Assembly: GCA_016210665.1 (NCBI GenBank)
Contig: JACQTT010000083.1
Span: forward strand, 1-38,612
Reading direction: 5' to 3'
DNA: 38,612 bases
Origin: Chloroflexota bacterium
Lineage (GTDB): Bacteria; Chloroflexota; Dehalococcoidia; Lucifugimonadales; JACQTT01
The notes under the pieces were generated by a model. That model was not told the origin of the DNA, did no database searches, and saw only the letters and a program-made list of their open reading frames with translations. Both the position numbers and the translations under genes were made by a program. This document shows, piece by piece, positions 17,237-27,932 of the stretch. The stretch's first letter is position 1; the number at the start of each line of letters is the position of its first letter.

Positions 17237-19987
17237 TCAGTCGCCAATGGCTAATACACCTCCATTGGCGGAGGAACGCAGAGCCGCCTGCGCAGCGGCA
17301 AGCCTAGCTATAGGAACGCGGTAGGGTGAACAACTGACGTAATCGAGGCCTACTGCATGGAAGAACTCAATGCTAGATGGGTCTCCTCCGTGCTCTCCGC
17401 AGATGCCTACTGTCAGGTTTGGGCGAGTCTGCTTGCCCAGTTTGTAGGCCATCTCCACCAGACGGCCTACCCCCTTTCTGTCCAACACCTTGAATGGATC
17501 TTCTGGAAGTATCTTGTCTTCCACATACTGCATCAAGAACTTGCCTTCGGCATCGTCGCGGCTGACGGCGAAGGTGGTTTGCGTAAGGTCATTGGTGCCA
17601 AAGCTGAAGAACTCGGCCGTCTCAGCAATTTCGTCAGCAGTGAGGGCTGCCCTTGGAGTCTCTATCATAGTTCCAATCTTGTAGCTGACCTTGTCAGCCT
17701 TCCCTTTTTGGATTTTTTCGATTGTCTCCTCCAGGAGCGCCCTCATCCGCCTCATTTCGTTTCTATGGCCCACTAGAGGAATCATTATTTCAGGATGCAC
17801 CTGTATCCCCTCGGCCATGACGTTGGAGGCCGCTGTCACAATGGCGCGCACCTGCATGGCATATATGTCCGGATAGATCAACCCCAAGCGACAACCGCGC
17901 AAGCCCAACATAGGATTGGCTTCACGCAGATCTCCTACTGAGGCTAGCATCTTTTCCTTTTCCCTCAGCGTCACTGGGGAACTTCCATTGCTCCGAAGTT
18001 CAACGACCTCGGTTAGCAGCTCTTCATAGCTCGGCAAGAATTCATGGAGAGGTGGATCCAGAAGGCGTATCACCACAGGCTTGTCCTTCATAGCTCTAAG
18101 GATACCCTCGAAGTCGCTTACCTGGAACCTGCTTAACTCGTCCAGGGTAGCGTGATATTCCTCTTTGACCAGCTTGTCATCTGGCCTTTGATTAGAAGCA
18201 TGGGCGGCCAGAATCATCGTACGCACCAGGGCGAGACGCTCCGGCTCAAAAAACATGTGCTCTGTCCTGCAAAGTCCAATGCCTTCAGCGCCAAAAGCGA
18301 TGGCTGTCTCGGCATCACGGGGATAGTCGGCATTGGCCCAAACGCCCAGTCTTCTCGTGCTATCTGCCCAACTCAGGAGGATAGCCAACTCTCTCTCCTC
18401 GGAGACATTTGGCAGAATAGTGGGCAGGGAACCCACGAAAACCTCTCCTGAAGAGCCGTCTATGCTTATCTCTTCATTCTCTTTTACTATCACATCACCG
18501 CGGCGCAGATAACCACCCTCGGGATTTACCTCAATACCCTCCGCTCCAGCAACACAGGGCTTTCCCAACCCCCTGGCAACGACCGCCGCATGGCTGGTAG
18601 CGCCGCCACGGCCGGTGAGTATGCCAGCGGCTACCAGCATGCCGTGCACGTCCTCGGCCTTGGTCTCGGGGCGCGCCAGGATCAAGCGAACCCCCTGTTT
18701 ACCTAACTCGGCGGCGGTATCGGCGCTGAATACTACTTTGCCAGTAGCGCCCCCTGGAGAAGCTCCCAGACCACGGCCCAAGAGCCTCCCTTCACTTTTC
18801 GCCCGCTCCTTAGCCCTTTCATCCAGCCTGGGCAGCAGCAACTGAGAGATCTGGTCAGGCGCCACCCTCAAGAGACCCTCTTCTTGAGTTATCAGCCCTT
18901 CTTGCACCATGTCCACCGCTATCTTTATGGCAGCCTTTGCGCTACGCTTGGCTGTGCGAGTCTGCAACATATAGAGCTTTCCCTGCTCCACGGTGAACTC
19001 AATATCCTGGGCATCACGATTATGGTGCTCCAGAAGGCCTGTAACCTGGAGCAACTCCCTATGAATGTCAGGCTTCTCCTTAGCCAGCTCGGCGATCTTG
19101 CGAGGAGTAGCGGTGCCTGCTACCACGTCCTCTCCCTGGGCTTTGGTTAGATACTCGCCGTATAAGGTCTTGTCGCCAGTAGAAGGGTCCCGGGTGAAGA
19201 GCACGCCAGTACAGCTGTTATCATCCAAATTCCCAAAGACCATAGCGACGACGCTGACTGCGGTGCCAAGATCGTGGGATATCTTATTGAAGTTACGATA
19301 GTCAATGGCGCGACGGGAGTTCCAGCTCTCAAACACAGCTCGAATAGCCTGATTAAGCTGTGTCATAGGATCGTCGGGAATATCAGCCCTGGCGTCCTTT
19401 TTTACCAGCAGCTTTAGCCTGGCAATAACCTCACGTAGGTCGTCTGGACTCAGCTCCGCCCCTGTTCCGACGCCGGCCTTACGCCGCTGTTCGTCCATGA
19501 CCACGTCTAACACATCACTTTTGACGTTCATCACCACGCTGCCGAACATCTGGATAAAGCGACGATAGATGTCCAATGCAAAGTGGCCGTTCCCGGTACG
19601 CCGCCCTATGCCATCAGCAATGCCCTCGTTTATTCCCAGATTGAGAATCGTGTCCATCATGCCTGGCATTGACACGGCGGCCCCGGAACGCACGGAGACC
19701 AGTAAAGGATTGTCCGGGTCGCCGAACTTGCGTCCTGAGGCCGTCTCCAACTCCTTCAAAGCCTCTAGCACCTGGCTCCACAGACCCTCCGGCAACCTCT
19801 TGTTGGAACGGTAGTAATCTAAGCATGCCTCAGTGGTAATGGTAAAGCCTGGCGGAACTGGGAGTCCCATGGCGGTCATCTCCGCCAACTGGGCGCCCTT
19901 ATTGCCCAGAAGATCCTTTCTACTACTGTCACCCCTCTGGAAAGAGAAAACCCATTGTCTTTGGCCAACGGATTTTTTCGACGTCAC
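17237..19987 (-). CDS. ppdK: Pyruvate, phosphate dikinase
   Basis: PLLVSVRSGA, SMPGMMDT, AQGEDVVAG, GGATSHAAVVARG (phospho-His), GLCRTEHMF, FSFGTNDL, GICGEHGGDP. AGGAGG SD before GTG. Confidence 0.98.
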   Translation of the reverse strand: MTSKKSVGQRQWVFSFQRGDSSRKDLLGNKGAQLAEMTAMGLPVPPGFTITTEACLDYYRSNKRLPEGLWSQVLEALKELETASGRKFGDPDNPLLVSVRSGAAVSMPGMMDTILNLGINEGIADGIGRRTGNGHFALDIYRRFIQMFGSVVMNVKSDVLDVVMDEQRRKAGVGTGAELSPDDLREVIARLKLLVKKDARADIPDDPMTQLNQAIRAVFESWNSRRAIDYRNFNKISHDLGTAVSVVAMVFGNLDDNSCTGVLFTRDPSTGDKTLYGEYLTKAQGEDVVAGTATPRKIAELAKEKPDIHRELLQVTGLLEHHNRDAQDIEFTVEQGKLYMLQTRTAKRSAKAAIKIAVDMVQEGLITQEEGLLRVAPDQISQLLLPRLDERAKERAKSEGRLLGRGLGASPGGATGKVVFSADTAAELGKQGVRLILARPETKAEDVHGMLVAAGILTGRGGATSHAAVVARGLGKPCVAGAEGIEVNPEGGYLRRGDVIVKENEEISIDGSSGEVFVGSLPTILPNVSEERELAILLSWADSTRRLGVWANADYPRDAETAIAFGAEGIGLCRTEHMFFEPERLALVRTMILAAHASNQRPDDKLVKEEYHATLDELSRFQVSDFEGILRAMKDKPVVIRLLDPPLHEFLPSYEELLTEVVELRSNGSSPVTLREKEKMLASVGDLREANPMLGLRGCRLGLIYPDIYAMQVRAIVTAASNVMAEGIQVHPEIMIPLVGHRNEMRRMRALLEETIEKIQKGKADKVSYKIGTMIETPRAALTADEIAETAEFFSFGTNDLTQTTFAVSRDDAEGKFLMQYVEDKILPEDPFKVLDRKGVGRLVEMAYKLGKQTRPNLTVGICGEHGGDPSSIEFFHAVGLDYVSCSPYRVPIARLAAAQAALRSSANGGVLAIGD

Positions 19988-20131
19988 TCAAGCACCTCCT
20001 ATTTTGGCGGAAATTAAGAAGACAAGGTCTTATCAAGGGGATGGAATGAAGAGGAGCTAAAGATTATTTGATAGATAGCCTACTGTCACCCCGTAGAGAT
20101 ACCAGCTCCTTATAGGAATCCAAAAACCTAA

Positions 20132-20148
20132 ACTATTATATCAATAGT
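20132..20148 (-). promoter_or_regulatory. Extended -10 promoter for ppdK overlapped by an inverted repeat
   Basis: Minus-strand TGATATAAT (20135-20143) lies inside ACTATT-N5-AATAGT. Confidence 0.5.
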
Positions 20149-20173
20149 AACCGGGGTATGCATTATTAATCTA

Positions 20174-21451
20174 TTAGGCCCCTTGATTGTGGCTACCGAC
20201 AGGTCCAGGTGTCGTTGATTCCAGACGTCTCAGCCGAGGACTGGCCGTGGCAATTACCAGAGTGAAAGCTAGAACTATGACGCCACCCAGAGCTACGGCG
20301 TAGGGAGCACCGATAACACCAGCAATCGCCCCGGCAGCCATACCTCCTAGAGATGAGAGGCTCCAGGTCATGCCGTATAGGCCCATTATCCGCCCTCTCA
20401 GTTCATCGGGAACCCGTATCAGGATAATGGCCATTCCAGAAATCAGGTATGCGGCATTGAAGATACCTTTCACGAAGAGGAGAGCCAGAGAAATAAGATA
20501 CCAGTGGGAGAGGGCAAATAAGATGACAAAGGCTCCAGAAAGGATGGAGCCACCTATCAGAAACCATCCCTTCCTCCTGGACCGACTAAGGGCGGCCATC
20601 ATAAGGGTACCTGTGAAAGAACCCAAACCCGCTACACTCAGGAGAAAGCCCAAACCTTGAGCGCCAACGCCCAGGATATCCTCTGCGAAGATAGGCATCA
20701 ACTGGACATAACCCATGCCAAAGAGGCTGGTGAAGAAGGTGAGACCTAAGATAAGGACAAAGATGTTATTGTCTCGAATGAATTTGAGACCCGACTCAAT
20801 ATCATGGGTAATGGTTGTGGCAACTTTCCTATCAAGGGGAGGGACTTTTAGCATCGCTATGGGAAGCGCACCAACCAGGTGTGCTATAGAGCTGACGTAG
20901 AAGGCGGCAGGAGTCCCGAACTGAGCTATAAGCAGACCCCCCAGAGCCGTGGCTACAACTCGACTTACCTGCCAAATAGATACGTTCAATGCCACGGCGT
21001 TGTCCAAGTCCTTACGGTCCAAGAGGTGAGGAAAGATGGCATCGCGAGAGGGCTGGTCAAAGGCGCGCATGGCACCTGCATAGGATGCTACGGCCAAGAC
21101 ATGCCAAAACCGAACCGCCTGCCCAGCCGTTAAGAAGGCCAAAAGCAATACAGCAACACCAGAGGTAACCTGAGCAAATACTATTAATCGTCTACGATCT
21201 ATCTTGTCTGCAATCACACCCCCATACAGACCGAGGAGAATAGGGGGTAGAGAATAAACAAGGCCCAGGTAACCCAAATCAAGTGGCGAACCAGTGAGCT
21301 GATAGACCTGCCATCCTTGAGCTATCACCAGAATCATAGAGCCACTGATAGAAGTCAGGGTCCCTATCCAGTAAAGGCGGAACTGAGGATATTGAAAGGC
21401 GCTGAGGGTTGCGATGCCTCTGCTTATGAGAGCTTTGGATGCCTGCGACAA
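20174..21451 (-). CDS. MFS transporter (DHA3/EntS-like)
   Basis: About 12 hydrophobic segments; motif A GGVIADKIDRRR; VPDELRGRIMG. TTG start with GGAAGG SD. Confidence 0.9.
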   Translation of the reverse strand: MSQASKALISRGIATLSAFQYPQFRLYWIGTLTSISGSMILVIAQGWQVYQLTGSPLDLGYLGLVYSLPPILLGLYGGVIADKIDRRRLIVFAQVTSGVAVLLLAFLTAGQAVRFWHVLAVASYAGAMRAFDQPSRDAIFPHLLDRKDLDNAVALNVSIWQVSRVVATALGGLLIAQFGTPAAFYVSSIAHLVGALPIAMLKVPPLDRKVATTITHDIESGLKFIRDNNIFVLILGLTFFTSLFGMGYVQLMPIFAEDILGVGAQGLGFLLSVAGLGSFTGTLMMAALSRSRRKGWFLIGGSILSGAFVILFALSHWYLISLALLFVKGIFNAAYLISGMAIILIRVPDELRGRIMGLYGMTWSLSSLGGMAAGAIAGVIGAPYAVALGGVIVLAFTLVIATASPRLRRLESTTPGPVGSHNQGA

Positions 21452-21753
21452 GGTTTACCTTCCATGGAAATCCTTATGTCTAATGTCAATGCAAAAAGAA
21501 CACTTGAACCGCTTGCTAAAGGGAAGGCGTGGGAGTTCATTCTGCATTTCGTGGAAAAACAGGTTAGCCCCTGGCGTAGCGCTTTTCAAAATGGTTAGTC
21601 CTAACGATTCGTCGTGGTCAATATACTAAATACAGACGTAACGTAGAGGACACGATAGCAAAATCTACCACAGTATGAGCCTCCCGAAGAGTCCAAGGAC
21701 TTTTCAAAGGTGTCGGCACAGTGGGAATCCTTTAGGTGAACGTATCTCCACGA

Positions 21754-23598
21754 CTATTCTACCGTAACCGACTTAGCCAAATTCCTCGGCTGGTCAACGT
21801 CGCAGCCCCGTTTAACTGCTATGTGGTAAGCCAGCAGCTGCATGGGCACCGCCGACAAAATAGGGTTAACTAAAGACGAAGCCCCAGGAATGTATATAAC
21901 GTAATCAGCCTTGCTAGCAATCTCTTTATCGCCCTCTGTGGCAACGGCAATCACAAGGGCGCCTCGGGTTTTGGCCTCGTTGATGTTATTAAGCATCTTC
22001 CCATATAGATGATCCTTCAGAGCCAGGGCTACTACAGGCATATTGCCATCTATAAGAGCGATGGGGCCGTGCTTCATCTCTCCCGCAGGATACCCCTCTG
22101 CATGGATATAGCTTATCTCCTTGAGCTTCAAAGCGCCTTCCATAGCAATGGGGTAGTTGATCCCTCTGCCGAGGTAGAGGAAGTTAGAGTATTTGAAGAA
22201 TTGCTGGGCGATCATTTCATAGATAGACTGGTCAGCCAAAATAGTGCCCAGCATCCGGGGCAGATGGGCCAACTCCTGAATAATCTGGGAAAGGCGCTCC
22301 TGGCTTAGACTGCGGCGTTTTATCCCCAGGTAGGAGGCTAGAAGATAGAGGGCTATTAGAGAGTTGGTAAAGGTCTTGCTGGCCGCTACTCCCAGCTCTA
22401 AGCCCGACCGCATATAGATTACTCCCTCGGCCAGGCGAGTAGCCTGGCTACCCTCGATGTTACAAATGGTGATAAGGCGGCCTCCCTTCCTGGAAGCCGC
22501 CTCCATAGCAGCCAGAGTATCAGCAGTCTCCCCTGACTGCCCCACAGAGACTACAAGAGTACGATTATTTAGAATCGGATCGCGATAGCGAAACTCCGAG
22601 GAGTTGTCTGCCTCGGCAGGAATCTTAGCCAGAGACTCTATCCACAAGCGGCCAATCATCGCAGCATTGAAACTGGTTCCCATGCCTATCAGCACGACCT
22701 TAGATATATCCTTCAACTCTGCATCGGAAAGAGGAATACCTTCCAACTCCACGCTGTCTGTATCGAAGGATATCCTTCCTCTGAGAGCGTTCATAACCGC
22801 CTCGGGCTGCTCGGAGATCTCCTTTAACATAAAGTGCTTGTAATGGCCTTTAGCAGCCGAAAGGGCGTCATAGGGCACAGAATGAGGTTCCTTATTGATG
22901 GATGCTCCATCTAAACGATGGTATTGGGCGTTGCCGTGGTCTAAGACCACCATCTCGCCGTCGGCCAGATATGTCACTCTACGGGTATGGGGCAACAGCG
23001 CAGGCAGATCGCTGGCCACAAGCATCTCCCCATCCCCGTACCCCACAACGATACCTCCGGCATTGCCCAAACGGAAGGAAAAAATCTTTCTCGGCTCAAT
23101 GATAGACATGGCGACGACAGCATGAGCACCCTGGATCTCAAAGGCCGTCCTTCCCAGAGCCTCTTCCATGGAAAATTTCTTGGCTAAGTAGGACTCGATG
23201 AGGTGCGGTATCACCTCGGTATCTGTCTGCGAAGAAAAGAGGTGCCCCTCCTGAATAAGCCTCTCTTTGAGGGGCATGTAGTTTTCTACGATACCATTGT
23301 GCACTACCACCACCTCTCCGCGGCAATCGGTATGAGGGTGAGCGTTGGATGCGGTAGGACTGCCGTGAGTAGCCCATCGGGTATGGCCTATGCCAACCGT
23401 CCCATCGGGTAAGATCCCCTCTAAGGAGGCAACCAGACCGTCTAGCTTCCCTGGGGCCCTTTTAATCGAAAATTGCCCTTGGGAGTCGAGGACTGCAATG
23501 CCGGCGCTATCATACCCTCTATACTCCAGCCTCTTCAGCCCTTCCAGGAGAATTGAAGCCACTGGCCTCTTCCCTGTGTATCCAATTATTCCGCACAC
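21754..23598 (-). CDS. glmS: Glutamine--fructose-6-phosphate aminotransferase
   Basis: MCGIIG, LEYRGYDSAG, GHTRWATHG, QSGETADT, EMKHGP, PRNLAKSVTVE. Confidence 0.98.
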   Translation of the reverse strand: MCGIIGYTGKRPVASILLEGLKRLEYRGYDSAGIAVLDSQGQFSIKRAPGKLDGLVASLEGILPDGTVGIGHTRWATHGSPTASNAHPHTDCRGEVVVVHNGIVENYMPLKERLIQEGHLFSSQTDTEVIPHLIESYLAKKFSMEEALGRTAFEIQGAHAVVAMSIIEPRKIFSFRLGNAGGIVVGYGDGEMLVASDLPALLPHTRRVTYLADGEMVVLDHGNAQYHRLDGASINKEPHSVPYDALSAAKGHYKHFMLKEISEQPEAVMNALRGRISFDTDSVELEGIPLSDAELKDISKVVLIGMGTSFNAAMIGRLWIESLAKIPAEADNSSEFRYRDPILNNRTLVVSVGQSGETADTLAAMEAASRKGGRLITICNIEGSQATRLAEGVIYMRSGLELGVAASKTFTNSLIALYLLASYLGIKRRSLSQERLSQIIQELAHLPRMLGTILADQSIYEMIAQQFFKYSNFLYLGRGINYPIAMEGALKLKEISYIHAEGYPAGEMKHGPIALIDGNMPVVALALKDHLYGKMLNNINEAKTRGALVIAVATEGDKEIASKADYVIYIPGASSLVNPILSAVPMQLLAYHIAVKRGCDVDQPRNLAKSVTVE

Positions 23599-23599
23599 T

Positions 23600-24244
23600 C
23601 TAAGTCTCCTTGTGAAGCGAATATACCCCCCGATAACTCTCGGGCAAAAGGGCTGCGACTCGCTGCATCACCATCTTTGTCAGAGCCTCTAATTGAGACC
23701 GCTCCAACCTCCCCTCTATGGCAGGGAGTGAGAAAGGCTCTCCAATTCTAACAGTAATTTTACCCGTAGGAAATGCTACCCGCCACAAGGGGCCCATACG
23801 TTCTGTACCGGTGATGCCCACGGGCAGCAGGGTAGCCTGAGACCGGATAGCGAGAAGAGCTATTCCAGGAATGGCCTCCCTCATACGGCCTGGGCTCCTG
23901 GTTCCTTCTGGGAAGAAGGCTATAGCTTCATTTCGAGAAAGCATCCTTAGAGCCCAGCGAAAAGCCTGGATATCCGTGCCATCTCTCTTAAGAGGGAAGG
24001 CTCCGTAGTTACTCAAAAAGGCTGAAATCACAGGATTTACAAAAATTCCCTCCTTGGCTAAGAAGAATAACCTGCGGGGTATGCTGGCCCCCAGAAGAGG
24101 AGGGTCTATGTTACTCTGGTGATTAGCGACCACAATAAGGGGCCCTCGTGGAGGAACGCTCTCTCTACCTTCGACCGTCCAATGTGCGAAGGCCTGGAGT
24201 ACGGCTCGGACCATAGAGTTGCTAAGAGTATAGAAAAACTCCAT
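23600..24244 (-). CDS. plsC: 1-acyl-sn-glycerol-3-phosphate acyltransferase
   Basis: NHQSNID (HX4D), FPEGTRS; follows cmk. Confidence 0.9.
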   Translation of the reverse strand: MEFFYTLSNSMVRAVLQAFAHWTVEGRESVPPRGPLIVVANHQSNIDPPLLGASIPRRLFFLAKEGIFVNPVISAFLSNYGAFPLKRDGTDIQAFRWALRMLSRNEAIAFFPEGTRSPGRMREAIPGIALLAIRSQATLLPVGITGTERMGPLWRVAFPTGKITVRIGEPFSLPAIEGRLERSQLEALTKMVMQRVAALLPESYRGVYSLHKET

Positions 24245-24930
24245 TAACGACCCTCGATGAAAGCCATTATTCGATCCACTACCTCCTCTATCGTAAACCC
24301 CTCGGTGTCCAGAACATGGGCATCTGTAGCGGGTTTCAGAGGAGAATAGCGCCTCTCTGTGTCCATCCTATCTCTTCTGTTCAGCTCCTCCAGTACCGCA
24401 GCATAAGATACGGGGTGTCCCAGATTTTCTAGCTCTAGATAGCGTCGCCTGGCTCGCTCCTCTGGGGAGGCCATCAGAAATATCTTGAACTGGGCCTTGG
24501 GAAACACTACCGTGCCGATGTCCCTGCCGGCCATAACCATCTTTTCCCGCCGTGCCAGCCTTCGTTGTTCCTTAATCAATGCCCTTCGCACCCCAAGCAC
24601 CTTGGAGACGGGCGATACCCACTTTTCAACCTGGGTGTCTCTTAGCCTGCCGGTTACGTCCTCACCATTGACCAAGAGCCTCTCACCGTCACCGGGAACC
24701 GATATTATCTCCATTTTCAACTCTCTCACTAGCCTGGAAAGCTCCTCTTCGCTGGTCAAATCCACACCCTTTTTCAGCGCCATCCAGGTAGTAGCCCTGT
24801 ACATAGAGCCGGTATCCAGGAACTTATGCCTCAGCCTTTGAGCCAATATCCTGCCCACAGCGGTCTTCCCCGAAGCCGCTGGGCCGTCTATCGCTATGAC
24901 CCCAGTTAAACGCAAGAATAGTTCCTGCAC
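24244..24930 (-). CDS. cmk: Cytidylate kinase
   Basis: IAIDGPAASGKT, LDTGSMYR, GRDIGTVVFP, RRDRMD. Confidence 0.96.
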   Translation of the reverse strand: MQELFLRLTGVIAIDGPAASGKTAVGRILAQRLRHKFLDTGSMYRATTWMALKKGVDLTSEEELSRLVRELKMEIISVPGDGERLLVNGEDVTGRLRDTQVEKWVSPVSKVLGVRRALIKEQRRLARREKMVMAGRDIGTVVFPKAQFKIFLMASPEERARRRYLELENLGHPVSYAAVLEELNRRDRMDTERRYSPLKPATDAHVLDTEGFTIEEVVDRIMAFIEGR

Positions 24931-24961
24931 ATTATCCAGTAATCTCAGGGGAGGCGTGAAA

Positions 24962-24991
24962 ATTATATAGCTTCCGCAAGCTGCTAGGCAA
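24962..24991 (-). promoter_or_regulatory. Putative promoter for cmk-plsC-glmS
   Basis: Minus strand TTGCCT-N18-TATAAT. Confidence 0.55.
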
Positions 24992-25040
24992 GGAACAAGG
25001 GAGGATTTGGCGGTGACGGATCTTAAGAGGGTCTTCCCTT

Positions 25041-25232
25041 TTACTTGGAGCTAGGCAGGCGAGGTTTCACTCTGCGCTCCAGTGTCGGGCGTGGTAGAAG
25101 AACCCTACGACCGCAGCCCTGGCACTTTATGCCGATGTCGGCTCCAAGGCGGACGACCTCCCACTCCAGGCTTCCGCAGGGATGTGCCTTCCTGAGACTA
25201 AGCACATCCCCTAGCCTTATGTTCATCACCAT
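25041..25232 (-). CDS. DUF951 family small zinc-binding protein
   Basis: RKAHPCGS..W...R.GADI.IKC.GCGR; GGAGG SD; overlaps the pyrF stop. Confidence 0.9.
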   Translation of the reverse strand: MVMNIRLGDVLSLRKAHPCGSLEWEVVRLGADIGIKCQGCGRRVLLPRPTLERRVKPRLPSSK

Positions 25233-26062
25233 CCCCTGCCCTCCGCCTCAAGAACGCCGTTTATCCGCTTACACAATTCTTGGGCTACTCGCCTGGCCCC
25301 CTGGGCAAAGTTATGCTTTTCTCGTGAGGCATAGAGAACCTGGCGGGAGGCGTTAAAGAGGGCGTGGTGGCCGTCTTTCTCTATCCCGAAGGCCACTGCC
25401 TTCTCTAGCTCACCTCCCTGAGCTCCCAACCCAGGGATCAGAATGGGCATACCGGGACACGCGGAGCGCACCCACTTCAGCTCTTCCAGATAGGTGGCTC
25501 CTACCACCAGCCCTACGTTTCTACGGCTATTCCACTGGGCAGCCTGGAGAGCTACCCTTTGGAACAGGAGCATAGACGTGCCTGGTGTGGAAAGGGCCAG
25601 GTCCTGGAACTCTTTAGCCCCCGGGTTGGAGCTGCGACACCAGATAAAGATACCTCTATCCTCATAATCCAGGAAGGGTTCTAAGGACTCGCCGCCAGCA
25701 TAGGGGTTGACAGTGGCTGCATCGAAGCCCCAAAACTCAAAGAGGGCCTTGGCATATCCTTTGTTGGTGGAGGCGATATCCCCCCGCTTGCCGTCTCCTA
25801 AGATGATGACCCCAGGAGCTGTGACGCGGATATGCTCAATAGTGCTATAAAGGGCATGGAGTCCTTCAAAACCGAGGGCTTCGTAAAAAGCCAGGTTGGG
25901 CTTATAGGCGCTTACCAGGTCCCGTGTAGCATCCACAATGGCCCGATTGAACTGCAAAACGTCGGAAACGGGCATAAGGGAAGGATCAGGGTCCAGGCCT
26001 ACACAAAGAAGGCTCTTGCTTGTATGGCAGGCTGACTTTAGCTTCTCTAAGAAGGATGGCAA
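25226..26062 (-). CDS. pyrF: Orotidine-5'-phosphate decarboxylase (subfamily 2)
   Basis: [46 protein letters not shown]. Confidence 0.96.
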   Translation of the reverse strand: MPSFLEKLKSACHTSKSLLCVGLDPDPSLMPVSDVLQFNRAIVDATRDLVSAYKPNLAFYEALGFEGLHALYSTIEHIRVTAPGVIILGDGKRGDIASTNKGYAKALFEFWGFDAATVNPYAGGESLEPFLDYEDRGIFIWCRSSNPGAKEFQDLALSTPGTSMLLFQRVALQAAQWNSRRNVGLVVGATYLEELKWVRSACPGMPILIPGLGAQGGELEKAVAFGIEKDGHHALFNASRQVLYASREKHNFAQGARRVAQELCKRINGVLEAEGRGW

Positions 26063-26168
26063 CAGATATCTCCCTACCCTTTATCGTTAGTTTACCCAGC
26101 CATCGCACTCCTGGCAAGTTGCCAAGGAAGAATTTGAATGTTAACGTAACTCATCAAGAGGAGGGATT

Positions 26169-26867
26169 TTGCGACTAAGCTCGTCTTTGACCAGGGCGAC
26201 CTTCATAAAGCGATTGAACCGTTTCGCAGCCTTGATGCGTGTTGAGGCACGAGAGTTGATGGCCCACGTGCCCAACTCGGGACGAATGAGAGAGCTATTG
26301 ATACCCAGTGCAACCATGTTTCTGACCCCCGTCAAACGCCCCAATAGAAAGACAGCCTATGACCTATCCCTGGTGGACCTGGGACATGTCCTGGTGTCCG
26401 CCGATGCGCGATTGCCTAATGGCCTGGTCCAGGAGGCCCTGGAGAGGGGCAAACTGGCCGAGTTTCAAGACTACACATCCATCCGCCGAGAGGTGTCTTA
26501 TGGGGAGAGTCGCCTCGACCTGCTTTTGGATGGGAGCAGGGGCACGTGCTATATAGAGGTGAAATCGGTGACACTGGTGGAGGGAGGTATTGGCCTCTTC
26601 CCCGATGCTCCCACCGCCAGGGGCCAGCGACACATGGACGCCCTCTCCCAGGCTGTGGCGAGGGGACATAGAGGAGCGGTAATCTTCGTCATTCAACGCC
26701 GGGATGCCCGCGGCATGATGCCTAACACCGCTGCGGACCCCGCCTTCTGCCAGAGGCTCCAGAGAGCCATCCAACAGGGGGTAGAGGCATACGCTTACAG
26801 ATGTCATGTCAGTCTGGAGGAGATATTCATTACAGAGAGGGTGCCTGTTGTCCTGGAGAAGAGATGA
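26169..26867 (+). CDS. sfsA: SfsA family nuclease / sugar fermentation stimulation protein
   Basis: RLNRF, HVPNSGRMRELL, SRLDLLL, IEVKSVTL, FPDAPTARGQRH. GAGGAGG SD before TTG. Confidence 0.95.
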   Translation: MRLSSSLTRATFIKRLNRFAALMRVEARELMAHVPNSGRMRELLIPSATMFLTPVKRPNRKTAYDLSLVDLGHVLVSADARLPNGLVQEALERGKLAEFQDYTSIRREVSYGESRLDLLLDGSRGTCYIEVKSVTLVEGGIGLFPDAPTARGQRHMDALSQAVARGHRGAVIFVIQRRDARGMMPNTAADPAFCQRLQRAIQQGVEAYAYRCHVSLEEIFITERVPVVLEKR

Positions 26868-26885
26868 TATGAGGTTCATCAGGCG

Positions 26886-27578
26886 ATGGTGAGTGTTACA
26901 TCGGGTATCTTGAGAGAGCAGCTCCTGATGGTATATCGGCGTATGCTGGAAAGATACGGGCCCCAGCACTGGTGGCCTGGGGAGAGCGCCTTTGAAATTA
27001 CTATCGGCGCTGTTCTTACCCAGGCGGCCTCCTGGGGAAACGTGGAGAAGGCCCTCTGTAACCTGAAGCAGGCGGGCGTATTTTCTCCGAAGGCATTACG
27101 AGAAATCCCAGATGAGGATCTGGCGCGTCTCATATATCCCTGTGGCTATTTCAACGCCAAGGCGAGAAAGCTCAAGTCCCTGGCCCATTACCTGGGAGAG
27201 CGATTCGATGACGACCTGGATGCCCTTACAGTTCTCGACACTGCCACTCTGAGAGGAGAGCTACTGGCGGTATATGGCATCGGAGAGGAGACTGCCGACG
27301 CTATTATGCTGTACGTCGCCCAGAAGCCCTCCTTTGTTATTGATACCTACACGCGGCGAATCGTGCAGCGCTTGGGCCTGGCCCCTCTAAAGGACACCTA
27401 CAGCCGTCACCAGGCCCTTTTTATGGACAATCTGCCCCAAGAGACCTCCCTTTTCAACGAATATCACGCCCTGCTGGATCGGCACGGGAAAGAGACCTGC
27501 CGCAAGAAGCCTCTATGCGAGGGGTGCTGTCTTCTGAATCTCTGCCCCACCGGAGGGGCCAAAGTCTCCTCACGCTGA
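26886..27578 (+). CDS. Endonuclease III-like HhH-GPD DNA glycosylase with 4Fe-4S motif
   Basis: GPQHWWP, GAVLTQ, HhH GIGEETADAI, VIDTY, C-terminal CRKKPLCEGCCLLNLC. Confidence 0.9.
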   Translation: MVSVTSGILREQLLMVYRRMLERYGPQHWWPGESAFEITIGAVLTQAASWGNVEKALCNLKQAGVFSPKALREIPDEDLARLIYPCGYFNAKARKLKSLAHYLGERFDDDLDALTVLDTATLRGELLAVYGIGEETADAIMLYVAQKPSFVIDTYTRRIVQRLGLAPLKDTYSRHQALFMDNLPQETSLFNEYHALLDRHGKETCRKKPLCEGCCLLNLCPTGGAKVSSR

Positions 27579-27698
27579 CGCTAAGACCAGCATAAAGCCC
27601 TTGGGAGCACTTTTGTATGCCTGATTTGACGGGCCAGGGTGGTCATCGCAGCGATTGACCGCAGAACAAAATGATACGCTACCTGAAATATGGCTATA

Positions 27699-27727
27699 TT
27701 GACTTTTGAGATGGGCATGTTTATCCT
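27699..27727 (+). promoter_or_regulatory. Sigma70 promoter of the thi operon
   Basis: TTGACT-N17-TATCCT immediately upstream of the riboswitch. Confidence 0.65.
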
Positions 27728-27744
27728 AGAGGCATAAAGAAAAA

Positions 27745-27841
<97 letters not shown>

Positions 27842-27851
27842 CGAAATGCTG

Positions 27852-27887
27852 ATACAGCCGCTGGCTCATCCAGCGGCTGTATATTTT
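27852..27887 (+). terminator. Riboswitch expression-platform intrinsic terminator
   Basis: atacagccgctgg-ctcat-ccagcggctgtat, a 13-bp stem followed by ATTTT. Confidence 0.8.
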
Positions 27888-27932
27888 GTAGAGAGATCCT
27901 TTGACAGCGCGTCTGCCGATAAGGAGAAGGCT

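Noticed and set aside
23590-23610. Possible glmS ribozyme
   Set aside because: glmS starts 1 nt after the plsC stop, leaving no room for a leader. Likewise there is no room for a T-box before tyrS.
27846-27932. N-terminal extension of ThiG in the ORF track
   Set aside because: Runs through the riboswitch terminator; the SD supports ATG 27933.
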